From positions 23,605-87,604 of the forward strand of contig JANOTL010000130.1 in the NCBI GenBank assembly GCA_031416315.1: DNA of 64,000 bases. Reading direction: 5' to 3'. Positions 1-8,135 of the stretch are shown in pieces. This stretch comes from Pseudomonadota bacterium (GTDB taxonomy: Bacteria; Bdellovibrionota_B; Oligoflexia; Oligoflexales; CAIYRB01). Under the pieces are notes generated by a model. That model saw only the letters and a list, made by a program, of their open reading frames with translations. It did no database searches and was not told the DNA's origin. The first letter of the stretch is position 1; each line of letters starts with the position of its first letter. Both the position numbers and the translations under genes were made by a program.

Positions 1-1
1 C

Positions 2-2932
2 CCGCTCGGTCGACAGGAGGGGGATGCGCATGAGGGCCGCGCCGTCGCCGCCGAGGCGGTGCACGGTCGTCGTCACCGACCAATCGAGGCCTAGGGTGAG
101 CTGCCGCTCGACGCGCAGGAACGGCGGCAAGCCCGCGTCCTTCGCCGGCGCCTTGGCGCCGGTCGCGGTCTTTTCCCGCTCGCGGATGAGCATGAGGGTC
201 GCATCAGCTGCGCCATCCTCGTGCACGCCGTCAGCGCGCCAGCCGTTGCCTTTGAAGCTCACGTGTCGCGGGCGCAAGGGGAGGGGGATCTCGACCGTTT
301 CGCGCTCCGGCAGGGCGCCTTTCAGCTCGACGCGATGGACGCCGGCCGTGAGCGCTAGCCACAGCGAGCCGTCGTCTTCGCGGCGCATCTCCTTCGCCGC
401 CTGGCCGTCGACCTGGACGGAGGCGGGCAGCCAGTAGGCCGTATTACCGGGCAAGGGAATCGCAGCGCCGGTCGCCATGTGGGCTTCGATCAGCATCGTG
501 ACGCTATCGCCTGAGGCCTCGATCGAGAGTCGCGCGAGGGTCGCGCACTGGGGCATGCAATCAGGACGTTGAATCAGCCGGTCGCGCAGCTCGTTCAACA
601 GCGAATCGGGGGGGAATGCGACGGGCGTCGTCTGCGCGAGCGCTGGTCGCGTGCCGCTGGCCGTGCCGAAGGCGAGAAGCGCTAGGGCGACCGCGGCCGT
701 GCCGAGGCGTCCGGCCCACTTGCCGAACTGCCGCGGGTCGACGCCGAGGACGAGGATCAGCAGGAGAAACGAGAGCCCGACGCGTAGGAACGCGAAGACC
801 TTGTTCGCCCATGGCGGCAGGACCACGAGGCGGAAAGTCTGGTCTTGCCGGACGGGGCCGTTCCAAGCGAGCTGAAAGCGGTTCCAGCTCCAGGCGGGAA
901 GCCCCGGTCCCGTCTGCACCGTCGCGTTCGGGTCGACGTAGGCGAACTGGCGGTTCAGCATCCTTTGCTGCTCGGGCTTGGAGCCCTTTTTGGAGAAGCC
1001 GCCGCCGCCCGAGCCGAAACTACTGGGCGCATCGCTGTTCGGAGAGAGGCCGAGGCTGGGCCCCCCGGCCGGGGGGGCGGCAGGTTCGGACGGGGCGCCA
1101 GACTCCGCTTCTTCCGCGTTCTGCTCCATGGGCGCCTCCAGGGCGACCGGCATCTCGTCGTCGAGCGCCCCGGTCGGCATGGCGCCGTCGGCGACCGGCG
1201 CCTCGAGCTTCCGCCACGGATACTCGAGGCTCGGAAACATCGCCTCGCGGATCTGCTCGACGGCGAAAGCGAAGATGACGAGCGCGAGAAGGACGCCGAT
1301 CGTCGCGTGCACGCCGACGGTGGCCGTGCGCAGCTTTCCCGCCGGCAGGTAGCGCTTCAACGCCAGGGCGGGTACGAACGCGAGCCACAAGTAGCGCGGC
1401 GCGTTCGCCTCCGGGATCACCAGGATCAGGGTCACGAGCGCCAGAGTCGCGGTGCGCCAACCGAGGAGCTTGCCGAGGGCGAGCGACACGAGGAGGACGA
1501 TGAAGATATTGAGCAGGTCCCAGCGCTTCAGCCACGTGCCGGAGGTCTGGTCGACCCCGAACGCGGCCAGGAGACGGTAGCCCGGCGGCAAGTGGAGGCT
1601 CGCCGCGACCGACTGGAAATCCGCCCGCCACGCGGTCGCCGGCAGCTCGGACGTGCGACCGTCGACGCGCAGGTCGGCCTCGAGCGCCAGATTGCCGAGC
1701 CGCACCTCCAGCCCCGTGGCGTCGCCGCCATCGCTCGCGAGCTTCGTCAGGAGTTGATCGCGCCCTTGGATTGCCGCGCGGCCGAGCTCCGCCGGCTTCG
1801 CCACGGAGAGGCGCCAGCTGCGGCTCACCTTACCCTTGATGCGGTCGCGGAAGGTGTAGCCGCCGCCGTCGAAGTCGAGCCAGACGTCCCGCGTCAGGCC
1901 GAGCTGATCGGGCGCCGGATCTGGGTCGCCGCGCTTGCGCGTCGTCAGCTCGAGGATCGCATCCTTTGCCATGAGGAAGGCCGGAAGCCGCTTCCAGTCC
2001 GTCGGCAGGCTCGACTGCTGCGGATCGATCGAGGCGGCGCCGCTCGGCGTGACGAGGCGCAAGGCGCTCGCCGCGGCGAAGACCCAGATCTCTTCGTCCG
2101 TCCACGGCTCTGGCACCTCGGGACGCTTCAAGGACTCGACCGGGCCGGCGTGCCGCGCCACCAAAGTGATCGCATAAGACCCCGGCCGGGCTTGGATTTT
2201 GAGCCTGCCATCCGGCTGCAGCGCGGTCGGCAGGTCGGCGTCGAGCCGGACGGGGGTAAACTCGGCGCCGTGAATCGGGCCGAGGACGATCTCGCGGTTC
2301 CTGCCGGCGATCTTCAGCTCGATGCGCGTCGTCAGCTGCAATGGGATGTCGTCCTGGACGTGACGGAACACCTCGAGCGCCAGGCTGTCCGTCTGCGCGT
2401 CGGCGTCCGACTTCGTCTCGCCCGCGAGGAAGATGCGGCCTTCACCGTCGACGGCGGGAAACGGCACGCGTTTCCCCGCGATGGTCAGCTCGACGAGGCC
2501 GGTGTCGCGCGGCACGTGGATCGCCTCCGGCAGGCGACTCCAGAGGAACTTGCCCGTGACGACGTGCGCGCCGGGCGCGAGCGCGACGACCGGCAGCCCA
2601 TTCTGCGTTTGCACGAGCGCCGGTTTCCCGCCGGCGGTGACTTCCTGCGGCCAGCGCTCCGCGTCGCCGGGAAGGATCGCCGCCATCTTCGCATAGGCCT
2701 GCGCCGCGAGGCTGAAAGAGCCGCCGCTCGCGTCGACGTCGAGCGTTAAGGTCCCGGGAAAGAGGCAGCGCCTTTGGCCTTCGTCGTCCTGACGAAAAGG
2801 GCAAGCGCGCGTCTCCTGCCCGCGCATCACCCACTCGGTCCACGGCCGGAGCGCGTCGGGAATCGCTGGAGCCTGCGCTGTGGCCGGCGTTGCGGCAATG
2901 AAGAGCGCGGCGGCAAGGAAGCGCGGGAGCAT
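2..2932 (-). CDS. Large conserved hypothetical secreted/multi-pass membrane protein, 3' end runs off the window
   Basis: Not in the ORF track (no stop inside the window). Manual translation of segments from ATG 2932: signal peptide MLPRFLAAALFIAATPATAQ, then IPDALRPWTEWV..CP..C, LPGDAERWPQEV, a central TM bundle (WDLLNIFIVLLVSLALGKLLG...), DPNATVQTGPGLPAWSW, and PDCMPQCA...LPGNTAYWLPASV. Confidence 0.85.
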   Translation of the reverse strand, partial: MLPRFLAAALFIAATPATAQAPAIPDALRPWTEWVMRGQETRACPFRQDDEGQRRCLFPGTLTLDVDASGGSFSLAAQAYAKMAAILPGDAERWPQEVTAGGKPALVQTQNGLPVVALAPGAHVVTGKFLWSRLPEAIHVPRDTGLVELTIAGKRVPFPAVDGEGRIFLAGETKSDADAQTDSLALEVFRHVQDDIPLQLTTRIELKIAGRNREIVLGPIHGAEFTPVRLDADLPTALQPDGRLKIQARPGSYAITLVARHAGPVESLKRPEVPEPWTDEEIWVFAAASALRLVTPSGAASIDPQQSSLPTDWKRLPAFLMAKDAILELTTRKRGDPDPAPDQLGLTRDVWLDFDGGGYTFRDRIKGKVSRSWRLSVAKPAELGRAAIQGRDQLLTKLASDGGDATGLEVRLGNLALEADLRVDGRTSELPATAWRADFQSVAASLHLPPGYRLLAAFGVDQTSGTWLKRWDLLNIFIVLLVSLALGKLLGWRTATLALVTLILVIPEANAPRYLWLAFVPALALKRYLPAGKLRTATVGVHATIGVLLALVIFAFAVEQIREAMFPSLEYPWRKLEAPVADGAMPTGALDDEMPVALEAPMEQNAEEAESGAPSEPAAPPAGGPSLGLSPNSDAPSSFGSGGGGFSKKGSKPEQQRMLNRQFAYVDPNATVQTGPGLPAWSWNRFQLAWNGPVRQDQTFRLVVLPPWANKVFAFLRVGLSFLLLILVLGVDPRQFGKWAGRLGTAAVALALLAFGTASGTRPALAQTTPVAFPPDSLLNELRDRLIQRPDCMPQCATLARLSIEASGDSVTMLIEAHMATGAAIPLPGNTAYWLPASVQVDGQAAKEMRREDDGSLWLALTAGVHRVELKGALPERETVEIPLPLRPRHVSFKGNGWRADGVHEDGAADATLMLIREREKTATGAKAPAKDAGLPPFLRVERQLTLGLDWSVTTTVHRLGGDGAALMRIPLLSTER

Positions 2933-3014
2933 GATCACCTCGGCGTTTGGGACTCGGCTCGATTATGGTACAAAAGTCTCGTCTGGACTGGAAACGACAT
3001 GGCAGGAGGCCCCG

Positions 3015-3449
3015 ATGCTCTCGTCTTTAGCCCTCGCCGCTTTCACCGCGCTCGCGCCCGTGTCGCCATCCGGCGATTGGGAGTTCGACGGCCAGTTCAG
3101 CGACGTCCGCCGCTCCAGTGAGCCTGCTTGCGCCGAGCTCTTCTCCGCCGTCGACTATCACGCGAAGCACGCGCTCGCGGGCCCGTCCTGGCGCACCTCG
3201 GTCTTGCGGCTCGACCTTGCCGAAAGCGAAGGCGAAGGCTTCTTCGACGGCGTGGTGTTCGTCGGGCTCCTCGGCGGCTCGAACGACCTTTACTACGAAA
3301 AATCCTTGGAGCGCGACGGTATCACCTACAACGTCCTGGCCGAAGGCTTTGTCGACCGCGAGGTCCTTTATCTCGAGGTCAAGGTCGACGCCGAGCGCGA
3401 CGGCACGGCCCTCTGCGACGCCGGGGCGACCTTCTCGGCCTTCAACTGA
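3015..3449 (+). CDS. Small secreted hypothetical protein
   Basis: AGGAGG RBS shortly before ATG 3015; signal-like MLSSLALAAFTALA; beta-rich body with two Cys. Confidence 0.75.
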   Translation: MLSSLALAAFTALAPVSPSGDWEFDGQFSDVRRSSEPACAELFSAVDYHAKHALAGPSWRTSVLRLDLAESEGEGFFDGVVFVGLLGGSNDLYYEKSLERDGITYNVLAEGFVDREVLYLEVKVDAERDGTALCDAGATFSAFN

Positions 3450-3466
3450 ACGGAGCTCTTTCCCGC

Positions 3467-3829
3467 ATGCAACGCCTCATTCGATCCGCCCTCGTTATCG
3501 GCCTCTCGACCGCCGCTCTGACCGGCTGCGTCACCAACGGCAGCGACTTCCGCTCCGACGTCACCTGGATCAAAGAGAGCCAGACCCAAAAGAAGGACGT
3601 CCAGATGCTTCTGGGCGAGCCTTACTCGACCGGCAATGCCAGCGGCAAGTCGACTTGGACCTACGGCTACTATCGCTACAAGCTCATCGGCAAGAGCCTG
3701 CAGAAGGAGCTGAAGCTCTATTGGAACGAGGACGGCACGGTGAACAGCTTCTCGTTCAACTCGAGCTTTCCCGAGGACACGGGCCTGAAGCCTTCCACGG
3801 GCCAACCGTCGAAGCCGGCCGTGCCGTGA
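3467..3829 (+). CDS. BamE/SmpA/OmlA-like outer-membrane lipoprotein
   Basis: Lipobox LTGC; TQKKDVQMLLGEP...WTYGY...LKLYWNEDGTV pattern of the SmpA/OmlA fold; start moved to ATG 3467. Confidence 0.75.
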   Translation: MQRLIRSALVIGLSTAALTGCVTNGSDFRSDVTWIKESQTQKKDVQMLLGEPYSTGNASGKSTWTYGYYRYKLIGKSLQKELKLYWNEDGTVNSFSFNSSFPEDTGLKPSTGQPSKPAVP

Positions 3830-5100
3830 GCATCCTGCCGCTCGCGCCGCCGGCCGCGCCGCTCCTCCCGGACGCGCGCGGCTACTTCGGCGCGTACGGC
3901 GGCGCTTACGTGCCCGAGATCCTGGTCCCGAACCTGCTCGAGCTGGTGCAGGCGTTCGACACGGCGCGCGGTGATCCGGCGTTCTGGCGCGAGTACATCC
4001 AGGAGCTGGCGACCTTCAGCGGCCGGCCGACGCCGATCACGGCGCTCCCGAACCTGTCGAAGATGCTGGGCGGCGCCAGGATCCTGCTGAAGCGCGAGGA
4101 TCTGGGGCAGACCGGCGCGCACAAGATCAACAACGTCATCGGCCAGGGCATCCTGACGCGGCGCTTTCTGAAGAAGCCGCGCCTGATCGCGGAGACCGGC
4201 GCCGGCCAGCACGGCGTCGCCACCGCGACGATGGCGGCGCGTTACGGCTTCGACGCCACGATCTACATGGGCGCCGAGGACGTCGAGCGGCAGCGCCCGA
4301 ACGTTTTTTGGATGGAGCGCATGGGCGCGAAAGTCGTCGCCGTGGAAGACGGCGCGCGCACGCTCAAAGACGCGATCAACGCGGCGCTGCGCGACTGGGC
4401 GACCAACGTCCAGGATACGCATTACGTGCTCGGCACCGTCTGCGGTCCGCATCCTTTTCCGGCGATGGTCGCTTGGTTCCAGAGCGTCGTCGGCCTGGAA
4501 GCGGCGGCGCAGCTGGCGGCCGACGGCGTGAAGCCTTCTGCCGTGTACGCCTGCGTCGGCGGCGGCTCCAACGCCATCGGCATTTTTCAGGGGTTTTTGG
4601 CGCAAAACGATGTCGAGCTCGTCGGCGTCGAGGCGGGCGGCAAGGGCTTTGGGGTCGGCGAGCACGCGGCGCGCCTCGCGGGCGGCGGTGGGACGCCCGG
4701 CATCGCGCAGGGCTACGAATCCTTGTTTCTCCAGAACGCCGACGGCCAGATGCAGGAGACGCACTCCGTTGCCGCGGGCCTCGACTACGTCGGCGTCTCG
4801 CCGATCATCGCCGACCTGGCGCAAAGGGGCCGGATCCGCGCCGAGCGCGCCAGCGACCTCGAGGTCGTCGAGGCGGTGCGGCTGCTGATGAAGCACGAAG
4901 GCATCATCCCCGCGCTCGAGTCGTCGCACGCGCTCGCCGCCGCGATCCGGGCCGCACCGAAGCTCTCGCCCGACAAGACCTTGCTCGTGAACCTCTCGGG
5001 CCGCGGCGACAAGGACATCTTCACCGTCGCCGGCGCGCTGGGGGACGCGTCCTGGGGCCGTTTTCTCGCGAAAAAAGCCCAGGAGATGCAAGGTGGCTGA
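3826..5100 (+). CDS. trpB: Tryptophan synthase beta chain
   Basis: GYFGAYGGAYVPE, KREDL..TGAHKINN (PLP lysine), AETGAGQHG, CVGGGSNAIG, IIPALESSHA, NLSGRGDKD; GTG start overlaps the upstream stop. Confidence 0.97.
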   Translation: MSILPLAPPAAPLLPDARGYFGAYGGAYVPEILVPNLLELVQAFDTARGDPAFWREYIQELATFSGRPTPITALPNLSKMLGGARILLKREDLGQTGAHKINNVIGQGILTRRFLKKPRLIAETGAGQHGVATATMAARYGFDATIYMGAEDVERQRPNVFWMERMGAKVVAVEDGARTLKDAINAALRDWATNVQDTHYVLGTVCGPHPFPAMVAWFQSVVGLEAAAQLAADGVKPSAVYACVGGGSNAIGIFQGFLAQNDVELVGVEAGGKGFGVGEHAARLAGGGGTPGIAQGYESLFLQNADGQMQETHSVAAGLDYVGVSPIIADLAQRGRIRAERASDLEVVEAVRLLMKHEGIIPALESSHALAAAIRAAPKLSPDKTLLVNLSGRGDKDIFTVAGALGDASWGRFLAKKAQEMQGG

Positions 5101-5866
5101 GCCTCTGCCGAAGGTCGGCCTGATGGGCCACGTGATCGCGGACTATCCGTCTTCGGCCGAGGTGCGTCGGATGATCGCGGTGATGGCGGCCGAAGGCGTC
5201 GCCGTAATCGAGATCCAGATACCGTTCTCGGAGCCGATGGCGGACGGGCCGACCTTTCTGGCGGCAAATCATCAAGCCTTGGCGCAAGGCGTCGACTACG
5301 CCGCGAGCCTTCTTCTGTTGCGGGAAGCCGCGACAGCGCATCCCAAGGTGCAGTTTTATCTGATGACCTACGTCAACGTGGTCTACAAGCGCGGCTGGCA
5401 GCGCTTCGCCGCGGAGGCGAAGGCCTCCGGAGCGGTCGGCGTGATCTTGCCCGATTTGCCGTTCGAGCTCGCCTTCGCGTTCGACGAGGCCTGCGCGGCG
5501 TCGAAGTTCGCGAACGTGCCGCTCATTCCGCCGAACTGCGCCGGCGCGCGTCTCGACGCCTTGTGCCGGCGCGCGCCGCTTTCGACCGATCTGATTTATG
5601 CCGTCGCGCGAGCCGGCGTCACCGGCGCCGCCAGCGCCTTCGGCCAGAACCTCGCGCCTTTCCTGCGCTCGATCCGCGAGCGCTCGCCCGCGCGCCTCGC
5701 GCTCGGCTTCGGCGTGAAGCTTCCCGAGCACGTCAAAGCTCTCCGCGGCCTGGCCGACTTCGCCGTCGTCGGGACCGCGGCGCTCGAAGCGCACGCGCGC
5801 GGCGGGCTCGCCGCTTATACCTCGTTCTGGCGCGGGCTTGCCGCCGCGGCCAAGGCCCCCGCATAG
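5093..5866 (+). CDS. trpA: Tryptophan synthase alpha chain
   Basis: EIQIPFSEPMADGP, LMTYVN, GVILPDLP, R.GVTG, LGFGV; overlaps trpB stop. Confidence 0.93.
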   Translation: MAEPLPKVGLMGHVIADYPSSAEVRRMIAVMAAEGVAVIEIQIPFSEPMADGPTFLAANHQALAQGVDYAASLLLLREAATAHPKVQFYLMTYVNVVYKRGWQRFAAEAKASGAVGVILPDLPFELAFAFDEACAASKFANVPLIPPNCAGARLDALCRRAPLSTDLIYAVARAGVTGAASAFGQNLAPFLRSIRERSPARLALGFGVKLPEHVKALRGLADFAVVGTAALEAHARGGLAAYTSFWRGLAAAAKAPA

Positions 5867-5893
5867 AATTCCATAGAATATCTTATAATACCT

Positions 5894-5922
5894 TTGACAA
5901 TTGCAACGAACTACCTTACAAA
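5894..5922 (+). promoter_or_regulatory. Putative sigma70 promoter
   Basis: TTGACA (5894-5899), 17 nt, TACAAA (5917-5922) in an AT-rich intergenic patch upstream of 5954. Confidence 0.5.
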
Positions 5923-5953
5923 TCAAGGTGGGTCCGTTGCTTTTGCCTGTTGA

Positions 5954-6673
5954 GTGTCTTTTTTGAAGCTCCTTCTCCAAAATTCCTTCGTCCTGACGCT
6001 GCTCTTGCTGTGTCTCCTTTGCTTCGCGCTGCACGAAGCCAAGGCCGACGTGAAGGGAATCCCGTTCAGCCAGGACTTCGCCGAGGCGGAGTTCCCCTAT
6101 GCTCGCGTCGCCACGAGCTGCCAAGGCTGGCACAAGCCGACGAGCTTCGGCGCCGCCCAGGACGAGTGGGGCGCGGTCGGCTTTTCCGGCGCCTGCGTCG
6201 AGCTCGACCGCTGCTATCACACGCTCGGCCAGAGCTGGGGCGAGTGCAACCGCCGCTTCCACGACGACCTCCGCAACGCCTGCGACCGCGATTTGAAGGC
6301 CGCGCAGCTGGAGAAAGCCAACGCCGCCGAGATGGGCGCGCGGCCCGACGACCAAGCCCTGACGCTTTGCTATAAGATCGCCGACCTTTACGTCGCGCGT
6401 GCCCAGCAAAAAGACACGCCGCGCTTCTTCGACGAGGCGCAAAAGACCCAACGTGCCTATCTCGACTTCGTCCGTAAAGTCGTCGATCAAACCTACCGTT
6501 CCGTGCTGAAACGCCCGGCGACGCAGAAAGAAGCCCTGCGCGCGCTCGCATCGCTCGCGCAAGGCTACACCTTGGACGATCTCAAGGCCTCCCTCATGGG
6601 CGCCCGGATCGACCAGGACCGCGACGCCGAAGTGCTCCCCGCGCTCGTTCCCGATGAGGAGTTGAACCCGTGA
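5954..6673 (+). CDS. Secreted phospholipase A2-fold protein (catalytic His replaced) with DUF4214-like C-terminal helical domain
   Basis: Signal peptide; FSGACVELDRCY...CNRRFHDDLRNAC follows the PLA2 C-x-x-H-D-x-C-Y pattern with H->L; C-terminal YRSVLKRPAT...LAQGYTLDDLKASLM. Confidence 0.65.
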   Translation: MSFLKLLLQNSFVLTLLLLCLLCFALHEAKADVKGIPFSQDFAEAEFPYARVATSCQGWHKPTSFGAAQDEWGAVGFSGACVELDRCYHTLGQSWGECNRRFHDDLRNACDRDLKAAQLEKANAAEMGARPDDQALTLCYKIADLYVARAQQKDTPRFFDEAQKTQRAYLDFVRKVVDQTYRSVLKRPATQKEALRALASLAQGYTLDDLKASLMGARIDQDRDAEVLPALVPDEELNP

Positions 6674-7956
6674 AACGCATGCTGTCCATTATCTCCGCCG
6701 TGTCGCTCGCGAGCTTCGCGCTCGCTTGCAGCCAGGCCCAGTTCACCGGTACGCCGCCGGCGAGAGCGAAGCCGAAGACCGAGATCCCGACGCCTCCGCC
6801 CGGCGGCGTAAGCTGTGCGGCTGCGCCTGCGAGCCTGAAGCTGGGCGAGCGCGCCACCATCGGCATCCGCGCCGAGGCGACCGACCGCGAGCTGTTTCAG
6901 ACCGTCACCAGCGCCTCCGGCGCCAAGGGCGAGTTGCGGCTTTCCCGCGGTGAAAGTGGCGTCTACGTCGCCGCCGGCGGCGGCGAGAACGTCGTCGAGG
7001 CGCTCGAGGCCGGGATCTACAAGATCGAGATCCGCCGCTTGGCCGGCGCCGCCGCGGCCGACGCGAGCTGCGACTTAGTCGCCGAAAACGGCGGCGTCAC
7101 GCTGCCGCCGCCGCCGCCCCCGCCGCCGCAATGCGAGCCGACGCAGCAATTGGTCGGGGCGCACGTCGCCTTTATGATCGACAACTCCAACTCGAACGCC
7201 GCGACGGACTGCCCGTCGCCGACGAAGACCGGCACGTTCCAGGGCGCAGACCTCTACGTCTGCGGCGGCGAGACGAGCCGTGAAAAAGCCGTGCTTTCGG
7301 CCTTCGACACGCTCCTCGCCGTCGCCGCGAAGGAGCCTGCGAACGCCAACGCGATCTCGACCCTCGCGATTTCCTCCTTTCCGACGACCGCCGACTACGT
7401 CGGCGGCTGGGCGAGAGAGACGCAAGGCATGCTCGACGTCCTTCCGGCCTCGCGCGACACCGTCAAAAGCGCGATGCAGTTCAGCCGCAAGCCCTACGGC
7501 CTGACGCCTTACGGCGCCGGTCTCGCCGGCGCGGACGCCATGTTTCAGGGCTTGGCCGACGACGGCAAGGCCAAGGTCGCCATCCTCGTCACCGACGGCG
7601 AGCCCACCGACCGCGACCCGCTCGCGGTCATCGACACGGCCGCGGCCTTGAAAGCGCGCGGCATCGACGTCATCACCGTCTTCTACACCGGCGCCGACGC
7701 CCGCGCCGTCCGCCAAGCCAAGCACGTGGCGATGCTGCGGGACGTAGACGCCGCCAACCGCCGCGCCGGCAAGGGTCCCTGGTACGCGAATTCACTTGCG
7801 AGTTTAGAAGCTTACGTCAAGGCCTTGCTCGGCGACGGCAGCCAGAAGAGCCTAGCCCAAGCGATCAGCTCCGGCGTCGTCGAGGTCCAAGACGCCAAGG
7901 CACTCGAAGCCGCGTTCCAGGCGATCATCCGCACGAAAGCCATCCAGTGCGAATAA
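6670..7956 (+). CDS. von Willebrand factor A domain lipoprotein (paralog 1)
   Basis: Lipobox ALAC; poly-Pro linker; MIDAS-like FMIDNSNS, TPYGAGL, ILVTDGEP. Confidence 0.85.
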   Translation: MKRMLSIISAVSLASFALACSQAQFTGTPPARAKPKTEIPTPPPGGVSCAAAPASLKLGERATIGIRAEATDRELFQTVTSASGAKGELRLSRGESGVYVAAGGGENVVEALEAGIYKIEIRRLAGAAAADASCDLVAENGGVTLPPPPPPPPQCEPTQQLVGAHVAFMIDNSNSNAATDCPSPTKTGTFQGADLYVCGGETSREKAVLSAFDTLLAVAAKEPANANAISTLAISSFPTTADYVGGWARETQGMLDVLPASRDTVKSAMQFSRKPYGLTPYGAGLAGADAMFQGLADDGKAKVAILVTDGEPTDRDPLAVIDTAAALKARGIDVITVFYTGADARAVRQAKHVAMLRDVDAANRRAGKGPWYANSLASLEAYVKALLGDGSQKSLAQAISSGVVEVQDAKALEAAFQAIIRTKAIQCE

Positions 7957-8012
7957 AAATATCAATAAATTCAATATATTGATAGAATATTTAAAATCGT
8001 ATAGAAATTCTA

Positions 8013-8041
8013 TTGACTCGACTTGGCAGTTGTAATAGAAC
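8013..8041 (+). promoter_or_regulatory. Putative sigma70 promoter
   Basis: TTGACT (8013-8018), 17 nt, TAGAAC (8036-8041), preceded by a very AT-rich tract with short palindromes. Confidence 0.45.
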
Positions 8042-8135
8042 TGTCTGAGCGAGGGTGCCTCTCACTCCCGCCGTTGCCTGCTCCCTTCTCCCGCTGAGTT
8101 CCCAAGCTGAATCGCTGTTGCCAAGGACGATCCAA

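Noticed and set aside
845..2749. Long + strand ORF (634 aa) and similar long antisense or alternate-frame ORFs (e.g. 26398-28710, 33024-34868, 58899-61100)
   Set aside because: Shadow frames of real genes caused by high-GC codon bias; Arg/Ala/Gly-rich with no motifs.
7953..8040. AT-rich patches as horizontally acquired DNA or insertion scars
   Set aside because: Under 100 bp, intergenic and promoter-like; no transposase, integrase, terminal repeats or target duplications anywhere in the window.
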